A stretch of 64,000 bases of DNA from an uncultured Gemmatimonadales bacterium (GTDB lineage: Bacteria > Gemmatimonadota > Gemmatimonadetes > Gemmatimonadales > GWC2-71-9), in contig CAWCFX010000001.1 of NCBI GenBank assembly GCA_963795085.1, positions 224,001 through 288,000 on the forward strand, in the 5' to 3' direction. The translations under genes were made by a program, and so were the position numbers. Below are positions 1 to 11,300 of the stretch, one piece after another. Below the pieces are notes generated by a model, which saw only the letters and a program-made list of their open reading frames with translations, was not told the DNA's origin and ran no database searches. Each line of letters starts with the position of its first letter. Position 1 is the stretch's first letter.

Positions 1-410
1 AAGGCCGCTGGGACGTCTACGACTCCACCGGACAGCAGCAGATCGGCACCAACCGCCTCGAGAAGGTCTACGGCGGCTGCGTGCTCCAGGAGCACTGGGT
101 CGCCCTTGGGCCGCAGCAGCAGACCGGGTCCAGCTTCAATACCTACCACCCCGGTTCGAAGAAATGGTATCAGACATGGGTGGACGACACCGGAGGTTTT
201 CTGCTGCTCAGCGGCGGCCTGGTGAAGGACACCATGGTGCTCACCGGCGAAATGCTGACGCCACGCGGGCTGGTCCACCACCGGATCTCCTGGAGCCGGA
301 TCAACGGTGACCCCGACCAGGTCCGGCAGTACTGGGAGACCTCCACCGATGGCGGACAGACCTGGACCGTAGGGTTCAATGGCCTGTACCGCCGGCACCG
401 GGGAGGATAA
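1..410 (+). CDS. Hypothetical protein (DUF1579-like beta-rich), 5' end outside the window
   Basis: Frame is open from position 3 (GRWDVYDSTG...GGCVLQEHW...WYQTWVDDTG...WETSTDGGQTW); its stop abuts the next ATG. Confidence 0.7.
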   Translation, partial: GRWDVYDSTGQQQIGTNRLEKVYGGCVLQEHWVALGPQQQTGSSFNTYHPGSKKWYQTWVDDTGGFLLLSGGLVKDTMVLTGEMLTPRGLVHHRISWSRINGDPDQVRQYWETSTDGGQTWTVGFNGLYRRHRGG

Positions 411-1450
411 TGCTGGCCGTCTCCGCGCTGCCCCTCCCGGCGGGCTCCGATCACGAAACGCTCCTCCTGGGTGAGGATGCCTCGGCGGGATACCGGGGTA
501 TCCTCGCGGTGCACAGCACCCGGCTGGGCCCCGCGGTGGGCGGGACCCGGCTCTGGAGCTACGCCACCCTTGAAGACGCAGTTACCGATGTTCTCCGCCT
601 GGCCCGGGGAATGACCTACAAGAACGCGGCGGCCGGTCTTCCGCTGGGGGGCGGCAAGTCGGTGATCCTCCGGCCGGAGGGGCCGCTCGACCGGGAGAAG
701 GTTTTCCAGGCCCATGGCCGGTTCATCGAGCGTCAGGGGGGGCGGTACGTCACGGCCGAAGATGTCGGTTCGACCCCGGCGGACATGGCCATCGTACGCC
801 GGGAGACCCGGCACGTCGCCGGACTGGAAGGCTTGTCGGGCGATCCTTCCCCCTTCACCGCCCGGGGCGTGTTCCGCGCGATCGAAGGCGCCGCGGCCTA
901 CCGCTGGGGTTCCAGCGACCTGGCCGGCCGGCGGTTCGGGCTCCAGGGCTGCGGCAATGTCGGTTACCAGCTGGCCCTTCAGCTTAAACAGGCCGGCGCG
1001 GATCTCGTCGTGGCCGATGTCGACCCCGCGCGGTCGGAACGGCTGGTCCGGGAGGTCGCCGCGGTGGCGGTGGACCCTCGCCGCGTCCACGCTGAAATCC
1101 TCGACGGGTTCGTCCCCTGTGCGCTGGGGGGCACTCTCAACGCCCAGACGATTCCCCAGCTTCGCTGCGAGATCGTCGTCGGCGCGGCCAACAACCAGTT
1201 GCTGGCCGCGGAGGACGCCGAGCGGCTTCGGGCCCGCGGCATCCTCTATGTACCCGACTATATCGCCAATGCCGGCGGGGTGATCAACGGCAGCCGGGAG
1301 ATACTGGGATGGCCCGAGCAGCAGGCCTGGGCTCGGCTGGAAAGGATCCGTGAAACGGTCCTCGAACTCTGCGCCGCCGCCGACCGGGATCAGGTGACCA
1401 CCGCCGCTGCCGCCGACCGCCTGGCCCTGAGCCGGCTCAGCACAGGGTGA
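410..1450 (+). CDS. Glu/Leu/Phe/Val dehydrogenase family protein (leucine dehydrogenase-like)
   Basis: GPAVGGTR, LARGMTYKNAAAGLPLGGGK, AEDVG, GCGNVG NAD-binding, PDYIANAGG motifs. Confidence 0.92.
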   Translation: MLAVSALPLPAGSDHETLLLGEDASAGYRGILAVHSTRLGPAVGGTRLWSYATLEDAVTDVLRLARGMTYKNAAAGLPLGGGKSVILRPEGPLDREKVFQAHGRFIERQGGRYVTAEDVGSTPADMAIVRRETRHVAGLEGLSGDPSPFTARGVFRAIEGAAAYRWGSSDLAGRRFGLQGCGNVGYQLALQLKQAGADLVVADVDPARSERLVREVAAVAVDPRRVHAEILDGFVPCALGGTLNAQTIPQLRCEIVVGAANNQLLAAEDAERLRARGILYVPDYIANAGGVINGSREILGWPEQQAWARLERIRETVLELCAAADRDQVTTAAAADRLALSRLSTG

Positions 1451-1664
1451 AACGCCACGACACCCGCCTCGTTGAGTGGACGAAACGGGTGCCGGGGTCC
1501 TGCGCGAAGGTTCGTGAAGTCACGCCGACTCCACGCCGGTAATCTGCCGCCCCGTCTCCAGTTCTTCTAGCACGCGGTCCCGTGCTGGTACGATCAGGAT
1601 GTTCCAGGTGGAAGGCTTGCCCCAGGCGGCCTCCGCCCATACCGTCCGATTCCCCTGGACAGGA

Positions 1665-2813
1665 ATGCCGGCCTTGACTGCACACGCCCTCCCGCCCTTC
1701 CGGCTGGAAACCTATTTCGCGCGGTGGGAGTTTAACGCCCGGTATCATCTCAGTGCCTCCGATGCCCAGGCCCTGCCGCTCGCCGCCCTGCTGGACCTGG
1801 CCAGCCCCGAGGACCGCGCGGCGTGGGAGGCGCTCCCGCTGGGCTACACCGAGACCCGAGGCGGACCCGGGCTCCTCGAAGCCATCGCATCCACGTATGA
1901 AAGCATCTCGCCGGCGGAACTGCTCTGCTTCGCCGGGGCCGAGGAAGCGATCTACTCGGCCATGCACACGATCCTGCGGCCCGGCGACCATACCATCACG
2001 ATCATCCCCAACTACCAGTCGCTCGAATCGGTCCCCCTGACGCTGGGGGAGGTCACCGGGATTCCCCTCGACCCGGAGTCGAACTGGGACCTGGACCTGG
2101 ACCGCGTGCGCGATGCCATCCGGCCTTCGACTCGTCTTCTATGCATCAATTTCCCGCACAATCCGACCGGCAAGGTGATTGCCCGGTCCGCCCTCGACGG
2201 CCTGGTGGCGCTGGCCCGGGAACATGGCTTCTATCTCTTCAGCGACGAGGTCTATCGCGGGGTGGAGCGGGATCCCGCCCGCCGGCTGCCCCAGGTCGCC
2301 GACCTGTACGAGAAGGGACTCTCGCTGGGCGTGATGTCCAAGGCCTATGGGCTCCCGGGCCTGCGGATCGGCTGGGTGGCGTGCCAGGATGCCGCCGTGC
2401 TGCAGCGAATGGAGGAGGTCAAGCACTATCTCTCGATCTGCAACTCGGCCCCGAGCGAGTGGCTCGCCATGATTGCCCTCAAGGCGGCGGACCAGATCCT
2501 CCAGCGCAACCGCGGCCTGATCAAAGCCAACTTGCATCTCCTGGACGCCTTTTTTGCCCGGCACACGGACCGATTCGAATGGCGGCTGCCCGACGGCGGC
2601 TGCATCGGCTATCCCCGCTACCTCGGCCCCGAGGGCGTTGAGCGGTTCACGCAGTCGCTGGTGGAGACCGCCGGCGTGCTGCTGCTCCCGGCCTCGATAT
2701 TTCAGTCGGCCCTGGGCCCCACGCCAACGGACCGGTTTCGCATCGGGTACGGACGCTCGGGCCTGGCGGAGGGCCTCGCGGCGCTGGAGACATTCCTGGC
2801 GCGCGAGGGCTAG
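1665..2813 (+). CDS. PLP-dependent aminotransferase class I/II
   Basis: NFPHNPTG, SDEVY, SKAYGLPGLRIGW (PLP lysine); start codon uncertain. Confidence 0.9.
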   Translation: MPALTAHALPPFRLETYFARWEFNARYHLSASDAQALPLAALLDLASPEDRAAWEALPLGYTETRGGPGLLEAIASTYESISPAELLCFAGAEEAIYSAMHTILRPGDHTITIIPNYQSLESVPLTLGEVTGIPLDPESNWDLDLDRVRDAIRPSTRLLCINFPHNPTGKVIARSALDGLVALAREHGFYLFSDEVYRGVERDPARRLPQVADLYEKGLSLGVMSKAYGLPGLRIGWVACQDAAVLQRMEEVKHYLSICNSAPSEWLAMIALKAADQILQRNRGLIKANLHLLDAFFARHTDRFEWRLPDGGCIGYPRYLGPEGVERFTQSLVETAGVLLLPASIFQSALGPTPTDRFRIGYGRSGLAEGLAALETFLAREG

Positions 2814-2948
2814 CGGTTCCGCCTCCCGGGCCGGGTGATCCGCCGGTCTCCAGGTCCGATCTGTTCTCCACTCTTCCGATCGCACACCACCCGCATTCGC
2901 TGAGGAGCCGAACGCGGGTGGTGGGCCGCCTGTTTCCGTTCGGCCACC

Positions 2949-3524
2949 CTACGGCTGCCTGCCTCCGCCGCGGGGAGTCGAGTCGGCCGGTGTCAGCACG
3001 ATCCCGGTGCGAATGTGCTCTCCCTCGTGGAGCACCAATCCACACGCCAGTCCCTGGCCGGCCGGGCTGGTGGCGCGCAGGTCATAGACGCCCGGGGTGA
3101 GCCCGCTGAACTTGAAGACTCCGTTGCGATTCGGCTGCGCCCGGGCCACCAGGGTTCCGCGGGCGCCACAGGCCGGCGCCGGCGGAGTGCTGTCGGGTGG
3201 AATGCTGTCACCCCGGAACAGCCCGGCGGGCAAGGTCGCCACCGTGCCGGTCAGCCCGGTGGAATCGGGCGGCACGGAATCGGGCGGCACGGAATCGGTC
3301 GGGATCGAGTCGGGCGGGATCGACCCCACGTGGTAGGCCAGGATCCTGCCCTGGAGGACCCGCTGGGAATCTGGCGTCGAGAGGACGCCGCTGATGGACC
3401 CGGTGACCACCGAGTCGGCCTTGAGGCCGGCGCCGCTGAATTCGGCCGGTTGGGAGGACTGGTCGCACGCGCCGAGCAGAAGGAGTCCGGCGACGGTGGC
3501 CAGCGCTGTGGAAGGTCGTAGCAT
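2949..3524 (-). CDS. Putative lipoprotein with PPDS repeats and a carboxypeptidase-regulatory-like beta-sandwich
   Basis: Lipobox LGAC; GVFKFSGLTPGVYDL; low-complexity PPDS(I/V/T) repeats. Confidence 0.65.
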   Translation of the reverse strand: MLRPSTALATVAGLLLLGACDQSSQPAEFSGAGLKADSVVTGSISGVLSTPDSQRVLQGRILAYHVGSIPPDSIPTDSVPPDSVPPDSTGLTGTVATLPAGLFRGDSIPPDSTPPAPACGARGTLVARAQPNRNGVFKFSGLTPGVYDLRATSPAGQGLACGLVLHEGEHIRTGIVLTPADSTPRGGGRQP

Positions 3525-3728
3525 GGCAAGGCTCCGGGTAAAGGAATCGGTCAGTATCGGAACGACCCGGACTCGCGGGTGCCCGTCACATCGTCATCCT
3601 GAACCATTCCGCCGCGGCGCGGCACGTACCACTCCGGCGCTTCCATCCTATACGCTGTTCCGCTTCTGGATTACGGTTGACCGGCCACTCGCACGGCCAG
3701 CGATCATCCGCGATTCTCCATCCCCGCG

Positions 3729-5594
3729 TTGAAGAACATGCGACAGATGCACGGTCCAAATTCGATGTTGGCCTCCAGTGCGTGGGGCGTCCTGCTGGTC
3801 CTGGCCGCCTGCCAGGGCAGGCCGGCTCTCACGGCCGACGTCGTGGAGTTCCGCGGCGGGCCGGATCACCTCGGCCGCTTCGAGTCACCCGTGAGTCTCG
3901 CGTACGGCGGCATCGCCTGGCGCACCGCGACCGATGGACCGGTCCGCTCCTCCCCCGCCGTCACCTCTCGCCTGGTGCTCACCGGCAGCGCCGACGGCCA
4001 CCTCTATGCGATGGACCGCCGGACCGGGCTGGTCCAGTGGAAAGCCGCCGCCGATGCCGCCGTGAATTCGTCACCCGCCGTGGCGGGGAACACGGTGTAC
4101 TTCGCCAGCCTCCGGGGAACGGTGTACGCGGTCTCGCTGGACGATGGCGGGCTTCGGTGGTCGATGCGGACCGGCCCGGCCCTGCCGCCAGCCTGGGCGG
4201 GAGCATCGGGGCTCGATTATTACATCTCCTCTCCCGTCATAGCCGGGGAGGACGTCCTCGTCGGTGCACCAGACGGGATACTGTACGCCCTGGCCCGGGA
4301 CAACGGGGCCGTGCGCTGGCGGGGCCGGACCGAGGGGCGGATTCACTCATCGCCCGCGGTTCGAAACGGCCTGGTCTTTGTCGGCAGCTTTGACGGCAGT
4401 GTCTACGCCTTCGACCTGGTGACGGGAGCCCGGCGCTGGCGCTACGATACGGAAGGACGCTCCCTGGATTCCGAGCCCTTTGGTTTTGACCGGCGGTCCA
4501 TCGTCTCGTCTCCCGCCGTCACTGACAGCACGGTCTTTATCGGGAGCCGTGATGGTTTCTTCTATGCCCTCGACGCGGCATCGGGGACGCTGCGGTGGCG
4601 GGTAGATCACCAGGCGTCCTGGAGCATCGCATCCCCCGCCGTGGGAGAGGGGGTGGTCTACGATGCCAGTTCGGACGCCAGGTTCATTCACGCCCTGGAT
4701 GCCCGCACCGGCGAACCCCGATGGCGACTCGCGATGCCAGGCTCGGTCTGGTCCTCCGCCGCCATTGCGGGCGGATTGCTCTTCGTCGGCGACGGGTCCG
4801 GCGCGATCCACGCCATCGACCGGCAGTCCGGGTCAGCGCTCTGGTCATTCCGCACCGGGGGAGCGGTCCAGTCTTCTCCCGCCGTCGCCGGCGGACTGCT
4901 TGTTGTCGGCAGCGGCGATGGCGCGGTGTACGCACTACGTGTGGGGGACGCCGAGGGCCTCACCCGCGCGGTGTACTGGGACTCCATCCTGGCGAGCGCC
5001 TCGCGGCGATCCGACCACCGGTTGATCCGCGATGGTCTCACGGCCCGCGGCTATGCCTCGCTCGCCGCCGCCGGGCTGGGGTCCTGGATGGAAGACCGGA
5101 TCCGGGACGGGAATCCCAGCGTGGTCGTGCTCGCCCTGGATCAGCTCCCCCCGGCGCTGGCAGCTCCGGGCGGGCCGCTTCGGCGGTACCTGGACGCAGG
5201 GGGCAAGGTTGTAGCCCCGGGCGACCCGCCGTTCATCTGGCCGACATCGCCGTCCGGCGACCGGGAGTATGCGGGGATCCGGCGAGCGACGACCACTGGC
5301 CTTCTCGGAGTCGAGTTTGGAGCGGCGCAGTTCGATCGCTATGGAGCCCGGCCAACCGCGCTGGGCCGGCAGTGGGGACTCGAGGGCTGGTGGCTGGCTT
5401 CCTGGTCCATCCAGGCGCCGCCAGGCGGTTCGGTCCTGGCGCTGAATGAAGCCGGGCTCGCCGCCGCGTGGGTCCGGGGCTATGGCGGCCCTCCCGGAAG
5501 CGGGTTCATCCAGTTGAACCGGTCTGAATGGACCGTGCCCGATCTCGGCATGCTCGCCGCCGTGGCGGAGTTTCGTCCCGATTCGTCACCGTGA
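3729..5594 (+). CDS. PQQ-binding-like (BamB-like) beta-propeller repeat protein, probable lipoprotein
   Basis: Repeated SSPAV...GS.DG.lYA.D..TG..rW units; LAAC lipobox; start uncertain. Confidence 0.85.
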   Translation: MKNMRQMHGPNSMLASSAWGVLLVLAACQGRPALTADVVEFRGGPDHLGRFESPVSLAYGGIAWRTATDGPVRSSPAVTSRLVLTGSADGHLYAMDRRTGLVQWKAAADAAVNSSPAVAGNTVYFASLRGTVYAVSLDDGGLRWSMRTGPALPPAWAGASGLDYYISSPVIAGEDVLVGAPDGILYALARDNGAVRWRGRTEGRIHSSPAVRNGLVFVGSFDGSVYAFDLVTGARRWRYDTEGRSLDSEPFGFDRRSIVSSPAVTDSTVFIGSRDGFFYALDAASGTLRWRVDHQASWSIASPAVGEGVVYDASSDARFIHALDARTGEPRWRLAMPGSVWSSAAIAGGLLFVGDGSGAIHAIDRQSGSALWSFRTGGAVQSSPAVAGGLLVVGSGDGAVYALRVGDAEGLTRAVYWDSILASASRRSDHRLIRDGLTARGYASLAAAGLGSWMEDRIRDGNPSVVVLALDQLPPALAAPGGPLRRYLDAGGKVVAPGDPPFIWPTSPSGDREYAGIRRATTTGLLGVEFGAAQFDRYGARPTALGRQWGLEGWWLASWSIQAPPGGSVLALNEAGLAAAWVRGYGGPPGSGFIQLNRSEWTVPDLGMLAAVAEFRPDSSP

Positions 5595-5685
5595 TGACGC
5601 CGGGGTGCGGCCTTTCGCCGGACAGCTGGTGCTTCACCGTTCGGTCCCAGGACTGGTCGGCAAACTTTGCAGTGTCAGGAACACC

Positions 5686-6480
5686 ATGCACGGCTGGCGG
5701 GAACGACCCAGGGCGCGGGCGGCGGGCATCGTCCTGGCCATGGCCATGGCCTGTGGCCAGTCCAGCGGCCCCTCGGCAAACTCGATTTCCCGGGTGCTTT
5801 TCCTGGGGAACAGCCTCACCTATAGCAACGACCTTCCCGAAATGGTGCGCGTACTCGCGTTGGCGGCGGGCACGCGCTGGGATATCACGGCTGTCGTGGT
5901 CCCGGGAGTGGGCCTCGAGGACCATTTTCGGTCCGCGACGGTCCAGCGGCTTTTGACCGAGAAGCACTGGGATATCGTCGTGCTGCAGCAGGGTCCCACG
6001 ACCCTGGCATCGAGCCGCGCCCACCTGCGCACCTGGACCGCCGAGTTTGGTGCCCTGATCGAACGAGCCGGGGGACGGCCCGCCCTGTATGAGGTGTGGC
6101 CCGATTCCAACTGGTCAGGGGCTCGCTTCCTGGCTGACTTCGACCGAGTGCGGGATTCCTACGCCCTCGCGGCCCAGGATGTCGCCGGCATCTTCCTGCC
6201 GGCGGGCGAAGCCTGGCGGATGGCATGGGAGACCGACCCGCGCCTCCCGCTCTACGGCGGCGACAGTTTCCACCCCAGCGCGATGGGGACATATCTGGCC
6301 GCGCTGACCATCGTAGGACGATTGGCGAACCGGTCGGTGGAGGGCCTCCCGGGCAGCCTCCGCGCCTCGGATGGCCGGATGCTGGTCCAGATCTCGGCGG
6401 CCCAGGCCCTGGCTCTCCAGAAAGCCGCCGACCGGGCGATCCAGTCCTTTCGCGACTATGAAGCGGTGGACCAGCCATGA
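5686..6480 (+). CDS. SGNH/GDSL-like hydrolase, probable lipoprotein
   Basis: VLFLGNSLT block I, WDIVVLQQ, DSFHPS catalytic DxxH. Confidence 0.8.
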   Translation: MHGWRERPRARAAGIVLAMAMACGQSSGPSANSISRVLFLGNSLTYSNDLPEMVRVLALAAGTRWDITAVVVPGVGLEDHFRSATVQRLLTEKHWDIVVLQQGPTTLASSRAHLRTWTAEFGALIERAGGRPALYEVWPDSNWSGARFLADFDRVRDSYALAAQDVAGIFLPAGEAWRMAWETDPRLPLYGGDSFHPSAMGTYLAALTIVGRLANRSVEGLPGSLRASDGRMLVQISAAQALALQKAADRAIQSFRDYEAVDQP

Positions 6481-7286
6481 GCCTGGCGGAACCGGGCCGG
6501 CGTCGTACCCACGGCCCGCTTGAAACACCGGGTGAAATGGCTCTGGTCGAAGAACCCGGCCAACATCCCGATATGCGAGATCGACTCATCGGAATACATC
6601 AGTTGCTCCCGGGCCCATTGAATGCGCCGGGTGCGTACGAAGGAACTGATGCTGGTCCCGTAGCGGCGGGCAAACGCCCGGGCCATGTAGGCAGGATGCA
6701 CGCCGAGGTCTGTCGCGAGCGAAGCCAGCGAGACCGGCCCCGCGAAATTCTCCTCCAGCCGATCCCGCAGCATCGTCAGCCAGGATGCGGATCGTTCGTC
6801 CCCCGGATCCGGTTCCCGTGCCAGGCCGGCGATCAGCTCGTACACCAGGCCCTCAATGGCCATGGGGCGTACCTCGTCGTCGATGCGGGATTCCTGGCGG
6901 AGCGCGGCGGCAATGGGGCCGATCCGTGCGCCCTGGGCGAACCGGACCGACCGGAGCACCGGAGTGTGGTAGCCGATGGCGTCCAGCTTGGCCGGGTCCA
7001 GGGTCACGAAGAGGCAGCGGCATCCGCCCGCTCCGACCTGGTCGGCATGGACGACATCACGGGGCAGCACCAGCAGGGTCCGGGGTTCGAGGTCGCCGGC
7101 ACGGCTCCCGTGCACCTGCTCCAGGGCCCCCTCCAGGCCAAAGACCAGGCTGGTCCGCGCATGGGTGTGGGCCCCGGTCCGGAAGCCCGGCGCATAGCTC
7201 GACTCGGTCAGCAGGAAATCGCCGGCCTCGACCTGGGCGTGCAGGGCGCCGTGGGTGACGGTGGGGCCGTGTGGGGTCTGGATCAT
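6456..7286 (-). CDS. AraC family transcriptional regulator
   Basis: N-terminal cupin HTH(A) motif; C-terminal GFFDQSHFTRCFKR..G.TP..FR. Confidence 0.9.
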   Translation of the reverse strand: MIQTPHGPTVTHGALHAQVEAGDFLLTESSYAPGFRTGAHTHARTSLVFGLEGALEQVHGSRAGDLEPRTLLVLPRDVVHADQVGAGGCRCLFVTLDPAKLDAIGYHTPVLRSVRFAQGARIGPIAAALRQESRIDDEVRPMAIEGLVYELIAGLAREPDPGDERSASWLTMLRDRLEENFAGPVSLASLATDLGVHPAYMARAFARRYGTSISSFVRTRRIQWAREQLMYSDESISHIGMLAGFFDQSHFTRCFKRAVGTTPARFRQAHGWSTAS

Positions 7287-7513
7287 ACAACCTCGTGGGA
7301 AGACAGGAAGAGAACCGTCGCGGTCGCTGGTTCCGGATGTTCCCCATGGAGACGAACCGCCGAGCCGAACACGCACGGGAATCGGGCCGAATCGCCGGCG
7401 GTCGTCGGCCCGTACTGTGGTCTGCCGGGCACTCCGGACGTCAGACCTGGAGCGGCTGACGGTTCGACCCCATCCATTGTGAGGGCGCGTTGGTAGCTCA
7501 ACCGGTCATCGAA

Positions 7514-8242
7514 ATGGCGGTCAAACGCATCCTGGTCATCCACCGCGACCGGGAACTGGCCCAGAGTCTTCGCCAGAATCTCGAGCGCGATGGCCACGAA
7601 GTGTCCATCGAGCCCGAAGGAGCGTGGGGGGTGGCCCAGGCCCGGAAATTCAATCCCGACCTGGTCATCACCGATCTGCAGCTTCTGGAGGCGGCGGAAC
7701 AAAACCTCCTGCGGCAGCTGCGCTCGGAGCGCGACGATGTTCCCGTCCTGGTGTTATCCCCCCGGGCCGAGGAAGCGACTCGGCTGCGGGGATTCCGGCT
7801 GGGGGTGGATGATTTCCTGGTTCAGCCGGTCAGCGTCTCGGAGCTCTACCGCCGGATCGAAGCGCTCCTGCGCCGGCCCGGCCGGGTCGGCACGGCGCTT
7901 CCCCCAGCCGCCGATTCTGTCGTTCGGTTCGGCGAGGTTGAAATTCACGCCGGGCGCCGCATGGTCCTGTTGGCCGGTACGCCGGTTCCCGTTCGTCTCA
8001 AGGAGTTCGACCTCCTGATGACGCTGGTCGCCCGGAAGGGCAGGGTTGCCAGCCGAGCCGAGTTGCTGCGCGAGGTCTGGGGATACCGCACCTGGGTGGC
8101 GACCCGGACGGTGGATACCCACATCGCGGAACTTCGGCGGAAGCTGGAGAAGGACCCGGCCCATCCGGCGCACATCCTGACCGTACGCAAGGTTGGCTAC
8201 CGGCTCGACCGGGATCCGGGCGATGGATCTTGGCATGGATGA
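7514..8242 (+). CDS. OmpR/PhoB-family response regulator with atypical receiver domain
   Basis: REC domain plus winged helix (KEFDLL...LLREVWGY...TRTVDTHIAELRRKLE...ILTVRKVGYR). Confidence 0.88.
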   Translation: MAVKRILVIHRDRELAQSLRQNLERDGHEVSIEPEGAWGVAQARKFNPDLVITDLQLLEAAEQNLLRQLRSERDDVPVLVLSPRAEEATRLRGFRLGVDDFLVQPVSVSELYRRIEALLRRPGRVGTALPPAADSVVRFGEVEIHAGRRMVLLAGTPVPVRLKEFDLLMTLVARKGRVASRAELLREVWGYRTWVATRTVDTHIAELRRKLEKDPAHPAHILTVRKVGYRLDRDPGDGSWHG

Positions 8243-8391
8243 AACCTTTCTGGAACAAAACGCCGCCACCTGACATATCTCTCACCGTTTCCGTACCCCG
8301 GCCTGACATTCTGATTCGTCTATTGGAGAAGCGCCCCGAAAAGTTCGCGCGGCGTTTCTGCAGTTCCAGCCATTCGACAGGGGAGGTCGGT

Positions 8392-11300
8392 ATGCGCGTG
8401 TGTGGTCCAGTTGGCTTCGTTCGCCGGGCGCGGGAGTTCGCGCTGGCGGCGGTTGCGCTGGCAGTGAGCGCGGGTGCGCTCCTGGCCCAGGGCACCGGTA
8501 AGATCGAGGGGCGGGTCCGCGATCAAGCGGGCGCACCCATCGCCAATGCCCAGGTCACCATCGTCGGGAGCACGTTTGGTGCCCTGACGAACAACCAGGG
8601 ATACTACTTCTTCAACAACGTGCCGGTGGGTACGGCCAGTATTCGCGCCGCGTTCGTGGGTTACAAGTCGGCCGAGGCGCAGGGTGTGCGCGTCCTGGCT
8701 GGCCAGACCGTGACCCAGGACATCCAGCTCGAGCAGACGCCGTTCCAGGTCGACGAGATCACCGTGACGGCGGCCGCCACCCCGCTGGTGCCGCGCGACG
8801 AGGTCACCACCCGTCAGCGGCTGCAGGGCGACTACGTAGAAGCCCTGCCGGCGGACCGGATCAACAACATCCTTGCTCTGCAGCCGGGCGTCGTCGCGAG
8901 CCCGGGCGGGGGTGCGTTGTCCATTCGCGGTGGCCGTACCGAACAGGCCGCGACGTACGTGGACGGCGTCCCGGTCACCCCGGGGTACCGGGGCACCGGC
9001 TTCGGCTCGTCGGTAGGAAACGGCAACGGCGCCAATGGCCCGAACTCGGGGGTATCCATCGGCACCAACGCCTTCGAGCAGGCCTCGGTGACCACCGGCG
9101 CCTCCTCGGCCGAGTTCGGCAATGCCCAGTCCGGCATCATCAACATCGAAACCCGGACCGGAGGAAATTCCTTCCGCGGCAATGTGCAGTACGAAACCGA
9201 TGAGCCCTTTGGAGTCGGTCACAGCCTGGGCTTCAACCGGCTCGCAGCCAGCCTGGGAGGACCCACAGGTCTCAAGAACCTGACGTTCTTCCTTTCCGGC
9301 GTCCTGGAAGGCCGGCAGTCCCAGGCGGTCGGGTATGATGCCATCAATAGTCCACTGTTTCTCCCCGTCGGGATCGACACGACGGTTGCGGTGCCCAGCG
9401 CCATCAACGATCCCACTGCCGACACCACGTTCGTGGACGTCCAGGCCTATGCGATTGCGCGGGGCAAGTGCGACATCTTCTCAGGGAGCAGCAACAGCGA
9501 CATCGCCGACAATTACGGGGTAGAGTGCGCCGGCATCCGGGTGCCGGGAACCGCCTCGACCGTCTATCAGACGTCGGCCAAGCTCAACTATACCTTTGGG
9601 ACCGGCAGCCGGATCTTCCTGGCCTGGCAGGGCAGCCGGAACCACGGCCGGAACGGCGGCGGGTTCAATAACCCGCAGAACATCGGCGGTTTCCGGGTCA
9701 ACAACAGCAACTTCACTTTGGGGTGGACCCAGAACCTGAGTCGGTCCGCCGACCGGGCCCTGGCCCTGGACGCATATCTCTCTTACCAGATGGACCGGCA
9801 GCTGGGCAGCCTGCTCTCCCGGCAGTCCGAGCTGGATACCCGCGACCCGTTCGGCGGGTTCATCCTGGGCGGCCTCGATTTCCTGTGGGATTTCGACAAT
9901 TTCCCGCTCAATGAAGAGCTCATCAACAATTTCCGGAACAACATCCCGGGCAGCCGGCGCTCGCCGCTGGACCTCGAGAATACCAGCCAGTATTCATTGA
10001 TCAATTTGTATCGGAACAGTGCGTACGGGCTGGACGGGGGCTCGGAAACCGGCGGACCGGCGGGGGTCCTTACCATGTACCGGGAGAACCGGCTCCGCGG
10101 CAAGGCCAACCTCGACTGGCAGTTCGACCGCTATAACCGGCTCAAGCTGGGTGGTGAGTTCACCCGGTTTGATATCGGGAGTTATGCCCACGGACTGGCG
10201 ACGCAGGGCTTCTCGGAAGCCTTCATTGAGAAGCCGGTCTCGTACGACGTCTTCCTCGAGGACCGGCTGGACCTGGGCGACGTGGTCGTGGTGGGCGGCC
10301 TGCGGTACGACTTCTATGACTCCCGCGCGGCCCGGCCCTACGTGCTGGATACCGTGTCGAGTAACGCCACCTTCGGCCAGTACAGCTATTTCCCGACACC
10401 CAACAGCTACGGCTCGGGCGGAGTGATGTTCAACGGGCAGCCGCTGACGAAGTACGTGGATGACCCGACCCACGACTACCTGAGCCCCCACATCCAGGTG
10501 TCGTTCCCGGTCACCGACCGGACCAACTTCCGGCTCTCCTACGCCCACCAGGTGCAGGCCCCGGACTTCAACCTGATCCTGGGCGGCATCAACACCGACC
10601 TGCGGGTCACCAACACCAACCACGTGTACGGTTCCGACCTCGACTTCGGCAAGACCATCACCTTCGAGTTCGGCATCCGGCACGCCTTCAGCGACGACAT
10701 GGTGCTGGACATCTCGGCGTACAACAAGGACATCCTGTCCGACGCCGCGGGACGGCTGGTCTCGTTCCCGGACCCGGCCCGGCTGGGCGAGAACGTGGAC
10801 ATCCGGATCTTCACCAACGCCGACTTCGGCAACGCCCGGGGCATCGATCTCCGGCTGGACCGGCGGATCGGGCGGTTCTTCAACGGGGTCCTGAGCTACA
10901 CCTTCCAGGACGCCAAGAACACCGGGTCGGACCCGTTCACGTTCATCAACTTCGGCTCCCGGATCATCAACCAGATCTCGGGCGGCAACCAGCCGCCCCC
11001 GCAGAGCATTTTTCCGACGGCTAACAGCCGGCCGCACAACCTGGCGGGTTCCTTCGCGCTCACCGTTCCGAGCGACTGGAAGGAAGGCTCCACGATGGGG
11101 TCCATCCTCCGCGGGGTCGGCATTACGGCGCTGTTCCGCTACTCCAGTGGCACCGCCTACACCAAGTGCCCGGCGGAAACCGGCAACGAGGCCGTCATCT
11201 CGGGCGTTGTCTGCAATCGGGAGTTCGAGGGCGACTTCTTCGGCGCCCGACGGCCCGCCTTCAAGCAGCTGGACATGAAGTTCACCAAGGGCTTCGGCCT

